Below, one piece after another: positions 20,179-30,119 of a DNA stretch of 64,000 bases. Below the pieces are notes generated by a model. It ran no database searches and was not told the DNA's origin. It saw only the letters and a program-made list of their open reading frames with translations. Origin of the DNA: Schleiferiaceae bacterium (GTDB taxonomy: Bacteria > Bacteroidota > Bacteroidia > Flavobacteriales > Schleiferiaceae); NCBI GenBank assembly GCA_018402665.1, contig JAGYIN010000007.1:46509-110508 (forward strand), written 5' to 3'. Within the stretch, counting starts at the first letter, position 1. Each line of letters starts with the position of its first letter. The translations under genes and the position numbers were made by a program.

Positions 20179-22944
20179 CTAGAGCGTACGCTTGACCTCT
20201 GTGAATCCAAAGGCTTCTACGATATCTCCAACCTTGATATCATTGAATTTTTCAATGTTAAGACCACATTCGAAGCCTTGACGTACTTCTTTTGCATCGT
20301 CCTTGAAGCGCTTGAGTGATCCCAATTTTCCGGTGTAAACCACTACACCATCGCGAATGATACGAACGTCATTATTACGTTCGATGACACCGTCTGTAAC
20401 CATACATCCTGCGATGGTTCCAACTTTGGAAATCTTAAATGTTTCACGAATCTCAGCCGTACCCTTAATCTCTTCTTTGACCTCAGCAGAAAGCATGCCT
20501 TCCATGGCATCGCGCACTTCATTGATCGCATCATAGATGATGGAATACATGCGGATTTCTACTTCTTCCTTTTCAGCAAGCTTACGTGCTTGCGCAGAAG
20601 GGCGAACTTGGAAACCAACAACGATGGCTTGAGAAGCTGTAGCTAACAATACATCACTTTCAGAAATCTGACCCACACCCTTATGGATGATGTTCACTTG
20701 AATTTCCTCAGTAGTTAATTTTTGTAACGAATCAGAAAGTGCTTCAACGGAACCGTCCACATCACCCTTGAGGATAATATTGAGCTCTTGGAAATCTCCA
20801 ACCTTCAAACGGCGGCCAATTTCTTCGAGCGTCATTTGTTTCTGCGAACGAACACTTTGCTCGCGCTGAAGCTGTAAACGCTTCTGAGCAATTTGCTTCG
20901 CCTCTCTTTCATCGTCCATGATGATGAAACGATCTCCAGAGGTTGGTGCACCGTCCAAACCTAAGAGGTTTACCGGGGTAGAAGGACCAGCCACTTTAAT
21001 GCGGTTCCCACGTTCATCCAGCATGGCTTTTACTTTACCGCTGTATTGACCGGCAAGTACGTAATCACCCACCTTCATGGTTCCCGATTGAATCAACGCC
21101 GTACACATATACCCGCGTCCTTTATCCAACGAAGCTTCGACAATAGTCCCGCTCGCGTTTTTGTTTGGATTGGCTTTCAGATCAAGCATCTCTGCCTCTA
21201 AAATTACCTTATCCAAAAGCTCTTCGATATTCAACCCGGTTTTTGCAGAAATTTCTTGACACTGAACGTTACCGCCCCAATCCTCAACGAGGACATTTTC
21301 TTGTGCCAATTGTTCTTTAATCTTGTTCGGGTTTGCAACCTCACGGTCCACTTTATTGATAGCAATAACGATAGGGACCCCTGCCGCTTGCGCGTGAGAG
21401 ATGGCTTCTTTCGTTTGTGGCATCACCGCATCATCTGCGGCAACAACGATAATCGCAATATCCGTCACTTGCGCACCACGTGCACGCATGGCTGTAAAGG
21501 CCTCGTGACCTGGCGTATCTAAGAACGTTATGGTCTGTCCCGTATGTACCTTAACGCTATATGCACCGATGTGTTGGGTAATACCCCCGGCTTCACCGGC
21601 GATCACGTTTGCCTTTCGCACGTAATCCAACAATGATGTCTTACCATGATCGACGTGTCCCATTACAGTAACAATCGGCGAGCGCGGTTTTAGATCTTCT
21701 TCTTTATCTTTTTCTTCAAGGAAGGTTTCAGTAACCTCTTCATCAACGAAGTTGACACTAAAGCCGAACTCCTCTGCCACCATCTCGAGCATCTCTGCAT
21801 CCAAACGCTGGTTCATGGTCACCATCACGCCTACACCCATCAAAGAACCAATGACTTCGTTCACCGATGCGTCCATCATGTTCGCTAGCTCAGTTACTGT
21901 AACGAATTCCGTTACCTGCAATACTTTGCTGTCTTCAGCGGCCTGAATGTCCGCGAGTTCATCTCTTTCGCGACGTTCTGCGCGCTTATCACGACGAATT
22001 TTAGCGCCTTTATTCTTCTTTCCAGAGGTCAATTTCTCAAGGGTTTCCTTGATTTGTTTCTGGATTTGTTCGTCTGTTAATTCTTGTTTAGCAGCAACAA
22101 CAGGCTGTTTGCGACCGCGACCTGCAACGGGTCCCTTTTTCTGAGGAGCGCGAGCATCGTTACGCTTTTTAGGATCGTTTTGAGCTGGTGTCGCTGCACC
22201 CGGACCTTGTTTTTTGATCCGCGTACGCTTCTTCTTATTGTCCTTCGGCTTTTCAACCGGAAGCTCAATTTTCTGTCCCGTAAACTTAGGACCGTCAATT
22301 TTAACGTATTTCGTTTTTATCTCTTGATCCTGAGGCGTCTTAGGTGCCTCTTCCTTCACAGGAACTTGCTCCACAGGCTTCGGTGCATTGTGGGCTCCGC
22401 TACCCGAAGATTTCTTCGTTGGCGCTACCTTTTTTGGCTTTGCCGGGGCTTCTTTTTTCTTCTGCTTTTGAGCGTCCAAATCAATTTTGCCCATCACCTT
22501 AATACCTCCAACATCAGTAGTGCTTTCTTTCGGTGCTTCAACTTCGATTTCCTTAGTTGCCTCAACTTCTGGTGCCGCTTCAACAGTTGGCGCTGCTGCA
22601 TGTACCTCTTCTGGGGCCGGCGCTGGCTTTTCAGGAGCAACCTCCTTTGGAGCCTCAACGTCTCGGGCCTCCTCAACAGGTGCTGGCGCAGGGGCCGCAG
22701 CCGTGTCCTTAGTCCCTCTAAGGATTTCTTTCTCCTCTTTTACTTGCTGACTTACCTCTTCAGAGCGCTTTTTGCGCGCAAGATCATCGGCAAATGCCGT
22801 CATTAAAACCTCGTACTGATCGTTCGTGATTTTATGGTTGCGGTTGTTTGGAATTTCATGACCGTGTTTGGCCAATTCCTCTACCGCACGGTCTAAGGAA
22901 ATGTTAAGCTCTTTTGTGGCTTTACTTAATCTGACGCTACTCAT
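20179..22944 (-). CDS. infB: Translation initiation factor IF-2
   Basis: 921 aa. Low-complexity Ala/Pro/Glu/Lys N-terminal region followed by a GTPase domain with [17 protein letters not shown] and NKVD. Confidence 0.97.
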   Translation of the reverse strand: MSSVRLSKATKELNISLDRAVEELAKHGHEIPNNRNHKITNDQYEVLMTAFADDLARKKRSEEVSQQVKEEKEILRGTKDTAAAPAPAPVEEARDVEAPKEVAPEKPAPAPEEVHAAAPTVEAAPEVEATKEIEVEAPKESTTDVGGIKVMGKIDLDAQKQKKKEAPAKPKKVAPTKKSSGSGAHNAPKPVEQVPVKEEAPKTPQDQEIKTKYVKIDGPKFTGQKIELPVEKPKDNKKKRTRIKKQGPGAATPAQNDPKKRNDARAPQKKGPVAGRGRKQPVVAAKQELTDEQIQKQIKETLEKLTSGKKNKGAKIRRDKRAERRERDELADIQAAEDSKVLQVTEFVTVTELANMMDASVNEVIGSLMGVGVMVTMNQRLDAEMLEMVAEEFGFSVNFVDEEVTETFLEEKDKEEDLKPRSPIVTVMGHVDHGKTSLLDYVRKANVIAGEAGGITQHIGAYSVKVHTGQTITFLDTPGHEAFTAMRARGAQVTDIAIIVVAADDAVMPQTKEAISHAQAAGVPIVIAINKVDREVANPNKIKEQLAQENVLVEDWGGNVQCQEISAKTGLNIEELLDKVILEAEMLDLKANPNKNASGTIVEASLDKGRGYMCTALIQSGTMKVGDYVLAGQYSGKVKAMLDERGNRIKVAGPSTPVNLLGLDGAPTSGDRFIIMDDEREAKQIAQKRLQLQREQSVRSQKQMTLEEIGRRLKVGDFQELNIILKGDVDGSVEALSDSLQKLTTEEIQVNIIHKGVGQISESDVLLATASQAIVVGFQVRPSAQARKLAEKEEVEIRMYSIIYDAINEVRDAMEGMLSAEVKEEIKGTAEIRETFKISKVGTIAGCMVTDGVIERNNDVRIIRDGVVVYTGKLGSLKRFKDDAKEVRQGFECGLNIEKFNDIKVGDIVEAFGFTEVKRTL

Positions 22945-22965
22945 AGAGTGTCTTTAGGTGTTTTC

Positions 22966-24213
22966 TTATTCTTCGTCTTCGAATTCTTTCTGAAGTACGT
23001 TTAGGATGTGCTCTACCGTTTCAACTTCCAAATCCGCACGTGAAACCAATTCTTCTTTGCTCAGTTTCAACACGCTCTTTGCAGTATCACATCCAATCTT
23101 TTTCAATTCTGCGATCACCCATGATTCAATCTCATCAGAGAATTGATCCAATTCGATATCGTCTTCAATTTCAATATCATCGCGGTAGACATCGATCTCC
23201 ATATTGACCAATTTACTGGCAAGACGGATGTTGGTACCACCACGACCGATAGCTAAACTCACCTGATCCGGCGCTAAGAAAGCCTCTACGCGACCCGCGT
23301 CCTCATCAATATTGAGACTGGTCACTTTTGCTGGGCTTAGTGCACGCTGGATATACAATTGCAAGTTTGTCGTGTAGTTAATAACATCAATATTTTCATT
23401 GCGCAATTCGCGAACGATCGAATGAATGCGCGAGCCCTTCATACCCACACAGGCACCTACAGGGTCGATTCTGTCGTCGTACGATTCTACTGCAACTTTC
23501 GCTTTTTCACCAGGAATACGCACCACACCTTTGATGGTGATCAAACCGTCGTATACCTCAGGGATTTCTTGCTCAAACAGTTTTGCCAAAAAGCGCTCAT
23601 CTGTACGTGACATAATCACTACAGGCTTCGTTCCGCGGAACACAACCTCTTTAACAACGGCGCGGATAGAATCTCCTTTACGGAAGAATTCGCGCTCACC
23701 AATCATCTGATCTTTCGGAAGAATCAGCTCATTTCCTTCGTCGTCGTAAACGATGACTTCGCGGTGACGCACGTGGTGGACTTCACCGGTAATGATCTCA
23801 CCTTCTAAATCTTTGTAACGCTTAAACAATTCAGAGCTGTCGTGCTCCTGAATACGACTTACTAAGTTTTGACGGAATGCCAAGATGAATCGGCGTCCTA
23901 AATCGATCAATTTAACCTCTTCAGAAACTTCTTCACCAACTTCGTAATCTGGCTCAATTTTCAACGCTGCACTCAGTTCGATCTCCATGTTCTCGTCCTC
24001 AACTGCTCCGTCTTCAACTACCGTACGGTTACGCCAAATCTCCAAATCACCCTTATCCGGGTTAACAATCACATCAAAATTTTCATCGTCTTCGTACTTC
24101 TTGCGCAACTGGTTGCGAAAAGCCTCTTCGATGAATGCCATGAGCGTAATTCTGTCGATATTTTTCTCCTCCTTAAACGCGAGGAAGCTTTCAATAATCG
24201 CCTGATTTTCCAT
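22966..24213 (-). CDS. nusA: Transcription termination/antitermination factor NusA
   Basis: 415 aa. S1 and KH regions (GACVGMKGSRI). Positioned between rimP and infB. Confidence 0.95.
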   Translation of the reverse strand: MENQAIIESFLAFKEEKNIDRITLMAFIEEAFRNQLRKKYEDDENFDVIVNPDKGDLEIWRNRTVVEDGAVEDENMEIELSAALKIEPDYEVGEEVSEEVKLIDLGRRFILAFRQNLVSRIQEHDSSELFKRYKDLEGEIITGEVHHVRHREVIVYDDEGNELILPKDQMIGEREFFRKGDSIRAVVKEVVFRGTKPVVIMSRTDERFLAKLFEQEIPEVYDGLITIKGVVRIPGEKAKVAVESYDDRIDPVGACVGMKGSRIHSIVRELRNENIDVINYTTNLQLYIQRALSPAKVTSLNIDEDAGRVEAFLAPDQVSLAIGRGGTNIRLASKLVNMEIDVYRDDIEIEDDIELDQFSDEIESWVIAELKKIGCDTAKSVLKLSKEELVSRADLEVETVEHILNVLQKEFEDEE

Positions 24214-24232
24214 TGTTTATATCTGAATAATC

Positions 24233-24673
24233 CTATTTAAACTTAATTGCCACTTTTGCTTCGGTAAGCGCCGTGAATTCAATTTTTAATTCCTTATTGG
24301 GGTCACTCTTCTTTTTCTGAGGCACGCTGAGCACAATGTACTCTTCCGCTACTTCGATGAGCTGACCTTCGTCTTCTCTATCGTCGTATTTCACTTTTAA
24401 GAAGCGACCTTCGTTCTTTTTGTACTGGCGCCAAATTTTTAAGGGACGATTCAAATCTGGGCTGCTCACCGTCAAATTAAAATCTTCTGCATCACGGTCT
24501 AATAACGTTTCCATCTTGCGATTGATCATTTTAATCTGCTCAATCGTAAGGCCCGAATCCGCATCGACATAGGCAACAATCACATTATTTGGCTTGATCT
24601 CGAGATCCACCAAAAAGGCGTTGTTTTCCTCAACTGCCATTGTTAATGCTGATGCTACTTTGTCGTGTTCCAT
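24233..24673 (-). CDS. rimP: Ribosome maturation factor RimP
   Basis: 146 aa, first gene of the conserved rimP-nusA-infB array. Confidence 0.8.
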   Translation of the reverse strand: MEHDKVASALTMAVEENNAFLVDLEIKPNNVIVAYVDADSGLTIEQIKMINRKMETLLDRDAEDFNLTVSSPDLNRPLKIWRQYKKNEGRFLKVKYDDREDEGQLIEVAEEYIVLSVPQKKKSDPNKELKIEFTALTEAKVAIKFK

Positions 24674-24683
24674 AAATTACCGC

Positions 24684-24712
24684 CAATAAAAGAGGGGACT
24701 CTAGGTCCCCCT
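24684..24712 (-). promoter_or_regulatory. Terminator-like hairpin in the rimP-nusA-infB leader (candidate attenuator)
   Basis: Minus strand reads GGGGAC-ctaga-GTCCCC followed by TCTTTTATT, ending about 10 nt before the rimP ATG and downstream of a TAnnTTTG box. Confidence 0.5.
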
Positions 24713-24734
24713 TTGGTACGTCAAAAAGTTTCGA

Positions 24735-24742
24735 CAAATATA
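24735..24742 (-). promoter_or_regulatory. Putative -7 promoter box for rimP-nusA-infB
   Basis: Minus strand reads TATATTTG, an exact TAnnTTTG match. Confidence 0.45.
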
Positions 24743-24875
24743 GTCATTTATTTTATTGACAGCGCATTGTGAATAATCACAAGCCTAAATACTTACGATT
24801 TTTTGTTTTTAAGTGATTCATACACTTTCAATCGATGCACTTTAAGCATTTTCACTACCTTAGAAGTTCGCTTAC

Positions 24876-25556
24876 ATGTTAAATATGAACAAAACCATAA
24901 GTATTCTCGTAGTGGACGACCATCCTATTGTACGAGGCGGCATCAAAACCATGCTGGAAATGGGCAAGTTTGAATCGTATTCGTTCCAAGTTAGGGAAGC
25001 CGGGAACATTCTTGATGCCTTAAAATTGGTTGATCAACAACCGTTTAGTCTCATTATAACGGATTCGCAACTGGGAAAACATTCCGGTGCTGAACTTACC
25101 AAATCGCTGTTGCGTCTTGCACCCGAACAAGCAGTTTTAGGATTCTCCGAATCCGACGACATGAACGTAGTGGAACACATGTTGAAAGCTGGAGCGAAAG
25201 GTTTTATAAAAAAAAGTGTCGATACCAGCGAGCTGATCAAAGCCATCACGGCCATTCTTGACGGCCGTCTGTATTACGCCCTAGATATTGCAAATTCGCT
25301 CATAGAACGAAGAATTTTGGGCAAGACATTCGCTGAATTCCACAGCAATAACCCAGCCGTTGCACGATTGAGCAAGCGAGAGATTGAAATTCTCAAATAC
25401 ATCGCGGACCAATTGACCAATGAAGAAATTGCTAAAAAACTTTTCTTGTCGAAACGCACCATAGATAACCACCGACAAAACATCCTAAATAAATTGGGAA
25501 TGAACAACACGGCTGGTCTCGTGCGCTTTGCTGTAGAAAACGGTTTGCTTCACTAA
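24876..25556 (+). CDS. Response regulator, NarL/FixJ (LuxR-type HTH) family; no adjacent histidine kinase
   Basis: Receiver domain (ILVVDDHPIVRGG, acceptor context LIITDSQL, GAKGFIKK) plus C-terminal LSKREIEILKYIADQLTNEEIAKKLFLSKRTIDNHR. Confidence 0.9.
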   Translation: MLNMNKTISILVVDDHPIVRGGIKTMLEMGKFESYSFQVREAGNILDALKLVDQQPFSLIITDSQLGKHSGAELTKSLLRLAPEQAVLGFSESDDMNVVEHMLKAGAKGFIKKSVDTSELIKAITAILDGRLYYALDIANSLIERRILGKTFAEFHSNNPAVARLSKREIEILKYIADQLTNEEIAKKLFLSKRTIDNHRQNILNKLGMNNTAGLVRFAVENGLLH

Positions 25557-25578
25557 ATGTTTCAACAAGCACTGCAAA

Positions 25579-25603
25579 CGTGCGCCCGATGGGCGCGTTT
25601 TTT
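25579..25603 (+). terminator. Intrinsic terminator after the response-regulator gene
   Basis: Stem gcgccc / gggcgc with a 3-nt loop, followed by T6. Confidence 0.7.
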
Positions 25604-25671
25604 GTGGGGTAAGGGCGAAATTTTGGAGCGCTGCAAGCCCGGGGGTAGTGAGTTAAGAGGAAAGGTGTAGT

Positions 25672-27297
25672 TTATTCAACCACCACCTTAAGTGTTCTCG
25701 TTGCGCCATTGGCGTCGGTAATGTTTACATAATACATACCGCTTACCATGTTGTTGCGCTCCAAAGTGATATCACCTTGAACGTTCTCGAAACCAGCAAC
25801 CACACGGCCAGTGATATCGAATACGCGAACTGCATAGCGTCCTGCATTACCTAAAGCAATCGTTGCGCTTTCATTCATTGGGTTAGGACGGATGCTCACT
25901 CCTGAAAGTGCATCTTCTGCTACTCCGATAAATGAACACTGACCAAAGATGTGTTGTACAGTATCTGCACTACCTGAACGCGCAAAGAAACGGTTGTACG
26001 AACCCACACCATTGTCTACACCACAATCCATAGGAACCGGCTCGTGATTGGATACATCCGTAGGATCCCCGTTAGAGAAACGGTATTCCATCGTACCTGG
26101 ACAGTAGCTAGCTTCAGTAGCAATGTACTGACCTGGAACTGAATGAGGAACCATAGCGATGGCATTCGCATCCCATTGCGTGAAGGTTCCCATCAAAAAG
26201 ATGGTATCCGCTGGAGTAAAGGCAGCCTGAGTAAAGTCAACAATAAAGGTTACGTCTGCAGTAGCTGGAACTGCCGCACAAGGACCGTAGGTATCGTTAC
26301 CGAAACAACGCGTTGCAACTACAGAGTCAGAGCTCACGGTAATGACTTTATTACCACCGCCTTCCCAGTTGGTGTTGCCGTTTTCGTGGTAACGCGCTTT
26401 GAACGTGAAATCGCCAGAATCCACATCGTTGTAAGTAATGGACCAAATGCCATCACCATCCGGGTCAGACATGGTCTCGCCGCCCCAACCGTTGATTGGG
26501 CCCGCAATTGAAACTGAATCCACAGTACCACATGCTGAAATCGAACTTACATCAACATTCACTGTAATGTCGTAGGTAGATAGAACCATACAAGGGCCAC
26601 ACATCGTGTAACATACCTCGTAAATGCCACTAACCGTATCCGTGTAATAACGGTTATCGCCTTGGTTGATACCTGCTGTTGACGCCTGACAAGATGTAGG
26701 AACCGTTTCAACAGCACTCCATCCATTTCCATTGAGGAACTTGAAGTAAATAGAATCCGTTTTACCTGCGTACGCGATGTAGCGGTGTACACCGTCAAAG
26801 TTGACCATCTGCGATTTTGCAGGATCCCAACCCTGGAAGCTTCCAGCAACGTGCGCTGAATCTGCACTAAGGGTTTGCAACGAGTAATCCACCTTGAATT
26901 GGATTGCTTTCTGACCTGCAGGGGCCGCGCCAGCAAACATAACCGCAGGAAGCGTGGTATCTGAAGAGATCACCGCCCAACGGTTTCCATTTCCGTTGGT
27001 ACCCACATTTACTGATGAAGGGACGCTTTCGTCGTCACCCCATGCATTTCCGTTAAGGAATTTATATTCCAATTGGCCTCCAGAAACGCTGACAGTTGCC
27101 GCGTAAATAGAGGATGTTCCGACTTGAGTTAAAGAAGTCGTAGATGGCGACCAGTTCTGAAATGAACCTGCCACGTGCACACCGTTTGAATTCGCAGATG
27201 TAGATCCTAGATCCACCTGGAACGTAACGCTGTACGATTGAGCAAAAGCGGCAACACTGAAAATGAGCGCAGATGCAAGAGCGTAGAGTTTTTTCAT
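25672..27297 (-). CDS. Secreted protein with four tandem starch-binding-like (CBM20/48-like) modules and a T9SS C-terminal sorting domain
   Basis: Signal peptide. Four modules with cores VHVAGSFQNWSP, AHVAGSFQGWDP, VSIAGPINGWGG and IFLMGTFTQWDA, each followed by a YKF/FKF/YRF-type motif. C-terminus IRPNPMNE...GMYYVNI. Confidence 0.65.
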   Translation of the reverse strand: MKKLYALASALIFSVAAFAQSYSVTFQVDLGSTSANSNGVHVAGSFQNWSPSTTSLTQVGTSSIYAATVSVSGGQLEYKFLNGNAWGDDESVPSSVNVGTNGNGNRWAVISSDTTLPAVMFAGAAPAGQKAIQFKVDYSLQTLSADSAHVAGSFQGWDPAKSQMVNFDGVHRYIAYAGKTDSIYFKFLNGNGWSAVETVPTSCQASTAGINQGDNRYYTDTVSGIYEVCYTMCGPCMVLSTYDITVNVDVSSISACGTVDSVSIAGPINGWGGETMSDPDGDGIWSITYNDVDSGDFTFKARYHENGNTNWEGGGNKVITVSSDSVVATRCFGNDTYGPCAAVPATADVTFIVDFTQAAFTPADTIFLMGTFTQWDANAIAMVPHSVPGQYIATEASYCPGTMEYRFSNGDPTDVSNHEPVPMDCGVDNGVGSYNRFFARSGSADTVQHIFGQCSFIGVAEDALSGVSIRPNPMNESATIALGNAGRYAVRVFDITGRVVAGFENVQGDITLERNNMVSGMYYVNITDANGATRTLKVVVE

Positions 27298-27394
27298 GTA
27301 ACGAGAGATTGATTAGTAAAATGTACTTTGTACCTCTCAAAGTTAAGCCAAACAAATACAGGTGTTAAGCGGATTTTGGCCGATTTTTAACCAT

Positions 27395-27414
27395 ATTATT
27401 GCATATTACTGCAT
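27395..27414 (+). repeat. Tandem 10-bp direct repeat abutting the GH13 start codon
   Basis: attattgcat / attactgcat (9 of 10 identical), ending 3 nt before the ATG at 27418. Confidence 0.5.
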
Positions 27415-27417
27415 CAA

Positions 27418-29172
27418 ATGAAGAAATCCGCTCTTATACCCGTTTTCCTCACTGTACTACTGCTTGCCCATTTCTCACTTAAAGGGCAAAAAGTCCACCG
27501 CATGGATCCGCCCAATTGGTGGATCAATCACCCCTTAGATACGGTAGAAATCTTACTTCAAGGCGAGGGTCTTTTTAAATGGGCTGCGGAGGTTGAGAAG
27601 CCGGTGGGAAAAGTGCTGAAGACGACCCATTACGGCGACCACTATTCCCACGTCCGACTATGGATTCGTCCCAATTATACCAAGGCGGCCATTCCAATAA
27701 AAATTGGTCCTCACACTTTCAATTTTCCCCTTCTCAAACGAAACGACCACGAGCCACAAGGATTGAGCGACAGCGACCTCATCTACCTGATTACCCCTGA
27801 CCGATTCCACAACGGCGACACCACCAACGACGACATTCCCGGCATGCGCGAGCGCGGCACCAACCGCAAAGCACCCTACTCGCGTCACGGCGGCGACCTC
27901 CAAGGGATTGAAATGGGTCTCGACTACATCGAAAGTCTTGGTGCAACGGCACTTTGGATCAATCCCGTTTTAGAAAATGATATGGAGCGGGACAGCTACC
28001 ACGGCTATGCCATCACGGACCATTACAAAATAGACCCCAGGTATGGTGGTAACGAGGCGATGACCCAATTGGCCACCGCACTCCAAAAAAGGGGCGTGAA
28101 GCACATTATGGACATCGTTTACAATCATTGGGGCATTGAACACTATTTGCACCGCCAACTGCCCGATTCTGCCATGGTCCATTTCAATCCGGACGGCACT
28201 ATTCCCTATTCGAATTTCAGATTTTCTGCTTTGGCCGACCCACACGCGACGGCGATGGACAAACAAGCCTTTGAGCATGGGTGGTTTGCCGGAGCAATGC
28301 CCGATCTGGACCAAACCCATCCGCTCACCGCATCTTACCTGAACTACTCCACATTATGGTATATAGAGATGTTCGACGTCGACGCGCTGCGTTGCGACAC
28401 CTATGCCTTTTCTGACCCCCTCTTCTTGCGTCGCATGAACCAACGCCTCAAGCGCCTTTACCCCAACATCTTCATCTTCGGCGAAACCTGGTCGTACAAC
28501 GAAGCATCACAAGCGTATTTCGCGCCAAACAAAATGTACGAAGGGCATTTTTCCTTTAATGATGCGGTAACCGACTTTACACTTTGGCGCGCTATTCATA
28601 AAATGTACAGCGCGGTGGAGCGTGAACAGTTCGGCTGGAATACCGGGGCAGGGGAATTGTATTACCGATTAGTGAGCGACTATTTATACGAAAAGCCAGA
28701 AGACCTGATCATCTTTTTAGACAATCACGACGACGGCAGATTCTTAGGCCAACATAGCGAAGACACCACAAAACTCAAAAGCGCACTCACCCTACTCTAC
28801 GCCATGCGCGGTATTCCTGTGTTGTATTACGGAACGGAGTTAGGATTGAGCGGCCACCAAGACCATGGCGCTATTCGCGAGGACATGCCCGGGTTTGAAG
28901 GACAATTCCCTGATTTTGATAAATTAGGCGGGAATTTGTTAAATTTGTGTCAAGAATTGGGCGCTTCTCGAAAGCTCCGCGGTAAAACCGAAGTTCGGCA
29001 AGAAGTTCCTAAAGACGGTTGGTACGTTCTATGGATCACCTCTGAGCAGGGCAATTGGCGATTGGTCATCAATGCTTCCGACCTGCAGCGGACCTGCACG
29101 AATCCTTTTGAGCAGGAGGAAAACGTATATGAACCTTGGGAAGCCCAAATGATAGAATTGAGGAAATTGTAA
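27418..29172 (+). CDS. GH13 alpha-amylase family enzyme, cyclomaltodextrinase/neopullulanase-like, with signal peptide (probably periplasmic)
   Basis: GH13 regions PDRFHNGD, GGDLQGI, LWINPV, DIVYNHWG, DALRCDTYAF, FGETW and FLDNHD. Confidence 0.9.
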   Translation: MKKSALIPVFLTVLLLAHFSLKGQKVHRMDPPNWWINHPLDTVEILLQGEGLFKWAAEVEKPVGKVLKTTHYGDHYSHVRLWIRPNYTKAAIPIKIGPHTFNFPLLKRNDHEPQGLSDSDLIYLITPDRFHNGDTTNDDIPGMRERGTNRKAPYSRHGGDLQGIEMGLDYIESLGATALWINPVLENDMERDSYHGYAITDHYKIDPRYGGNEAMTQLATALQKRGVKHIMDIVYNHWGIEHYLHRQLPDSAMVHFNPDGTIPYSNFRFSALADPHATAMDKQAFEHGWFAGAMPDLDQTHPLTASYLNYSTLWYIEMFDVDALRCDTYAFSDPLFLRRMNQRLKRLYPNIFIFGETWSYNEASQAYFAPNKMYEGHFSFNDAVTDFTLWRAIHKMYSAVEREQFGWNTGAGELYYRLVSDYLYEKPEDLIIFLDNHDDGRFLGQHSEDTTKLKSALTLLYAMRGIPVLYYGTELGLSGHQDHGAIREDMPGFEGQFPDFDKLGGNLLNLCQELGASRKLRGKTEVRQEVPKDGWYVLWITSEQGNWRLVINASDLQRTCTNPFEQEENVYEPWEAQMIELRKL

Positions 29173-29173
29173 C

Positions 29174-30043
29174 GTGAAAGCCACTATAGAAAATATCCGC
29201 ATTGCCGAGCAGGACCGCAGCTACAATAGCTATGTCTTGGCACAAAAGGCCGGGCAAAATTTTCCTTCCATATTTAACGATTATTGGCATTACCACCCGG
29301 AAATCGAAATCACCTACATTGTCAAAGGCAAAGGCCTTGCTTTCATCGGAAATAAAACGATAGAGTTTGAACCGGGCCAAGCGTTCCTCTTAGGTCCTTA
29401 TCTGCCGCATAATTTCGTAAGTACAGAGGAAGAGGCTGTGCAGATGGAAAAAGAATGCTGGGGGCTCCAATTCACACAGGAATGGCTCAACAGCTTTAAA
29501 GAAAGCGCCTCACTTCAGCGCCTGTTCCGCGCCATGAGCTACGGCATTAATTTGGGCCAATTCAATCCCGCAGAACACCAAGCCTTCACCACCATAGTCG
29601 GCAAAGACCCCCTCCGCAGCATTGGCGCATTTTTCAACCTCATGGCCATGATCGCCGACCGGTCGGATTTCCTCACCGTCTCAACCAATAACGCCTACTC
29701 CAACGTCATGAGCCAAAAGCTCAGCCGACGAATGGAACGCGTCTCCAAATACATCCAAGACCACTACCAAAACACCATCACTCTCAGTGAAATCTCCGAC
29801 ATCGCCAGCATGACTGAACAAAGCTTCAGCCGCTGGTTCCGCCAAACCTCTGGCCTGACATTCGTAGACTACCTCATGCAGCTCCGCACAACGGTCGCCA
29901 GCAACCTTCTCATCAACACGAATAAAGCCATGACAGAGGTCGCAACAGAAAGCGGTTTCAACTCCAGCTCTTCGTTCAACCGCGCTTTCCTCAAAATAAA
30001 AGGTTGCTCCCCACGAGAATTCAGGAAGAAGAAAAAAATATAA
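29174..30043 (+). CDS. AraC-family transcriptional regulator (cupin sensor plus HTH), GTG start 1 nt after the GH13 stop
   Basis: N-terminal cupin-like HYHPEIEITYIVKGKG. C-terminal AraC HTH (ITLSEISDIASMTEQSFSRWF..., GFNSSSSFNRAF). Confidence 0.85.
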   Translation: MKATIENIRIAEQDRSYNSYVLAQKAGQNFPSIFNDYWHYHPEIEITYIVKGKGLAFIGNKTIEFEPGQAFLLGPYLPHNFVSTEEEAVQMEKECWGLQFTQEWLNSFKESASLQRLFRAMSYGINLGQFNPAEHQAFTTIVGKDPLRSIGAFFNLMAMIADRSDFLTVSTNNAYSNVMSQKLSRRMERVSKYIQDHYQNTITLSEISDIASMTEQSFSRWFRQTSGLTFVDYLMQLRTTVASNLLINTNKAMTEVATESGFNSSSSFNRAFLKIKGCSPREFRKKKKI

Positions 30044-30049
30044 CCCCAG

Positions 30050-30079
30050 AAAAAAGGCTTCGAAATCGAGGGCTTTTTT
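30050..30079. terminator. Probable bidirectional terminator between the convergent AraC and MFS genes
   Basis: Imperfect stem aggcttcg / cgagggct (one mismatch, one G-U pair), flanked by an A-run and T6. Confidence 0.5.
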
Positions 30080-30119
30080 ATAGCTATTAATTTCAATTAA
30101 CAGGGATAAATGGATGTGT

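Noticed and set aside
22084-22806. A 240-aa plus-strand ORF (and several shorter ones) within the infB N-terminal region.
   Set aside because: It is antisense or alternative-frame to the low-complexity Ala/Pro/Glu/Lys part of IF-2. Repetitive codons suppress stops there, and there is no independent signal.
27318-27326. GTACATTTT on the minus strand upstream of the CBM-repeat gene resembles the same motif.
   Set aside because: It is a near-consensus -7 box (TACATTTT), which is explained by promoter architecture rather than by a shared operator.
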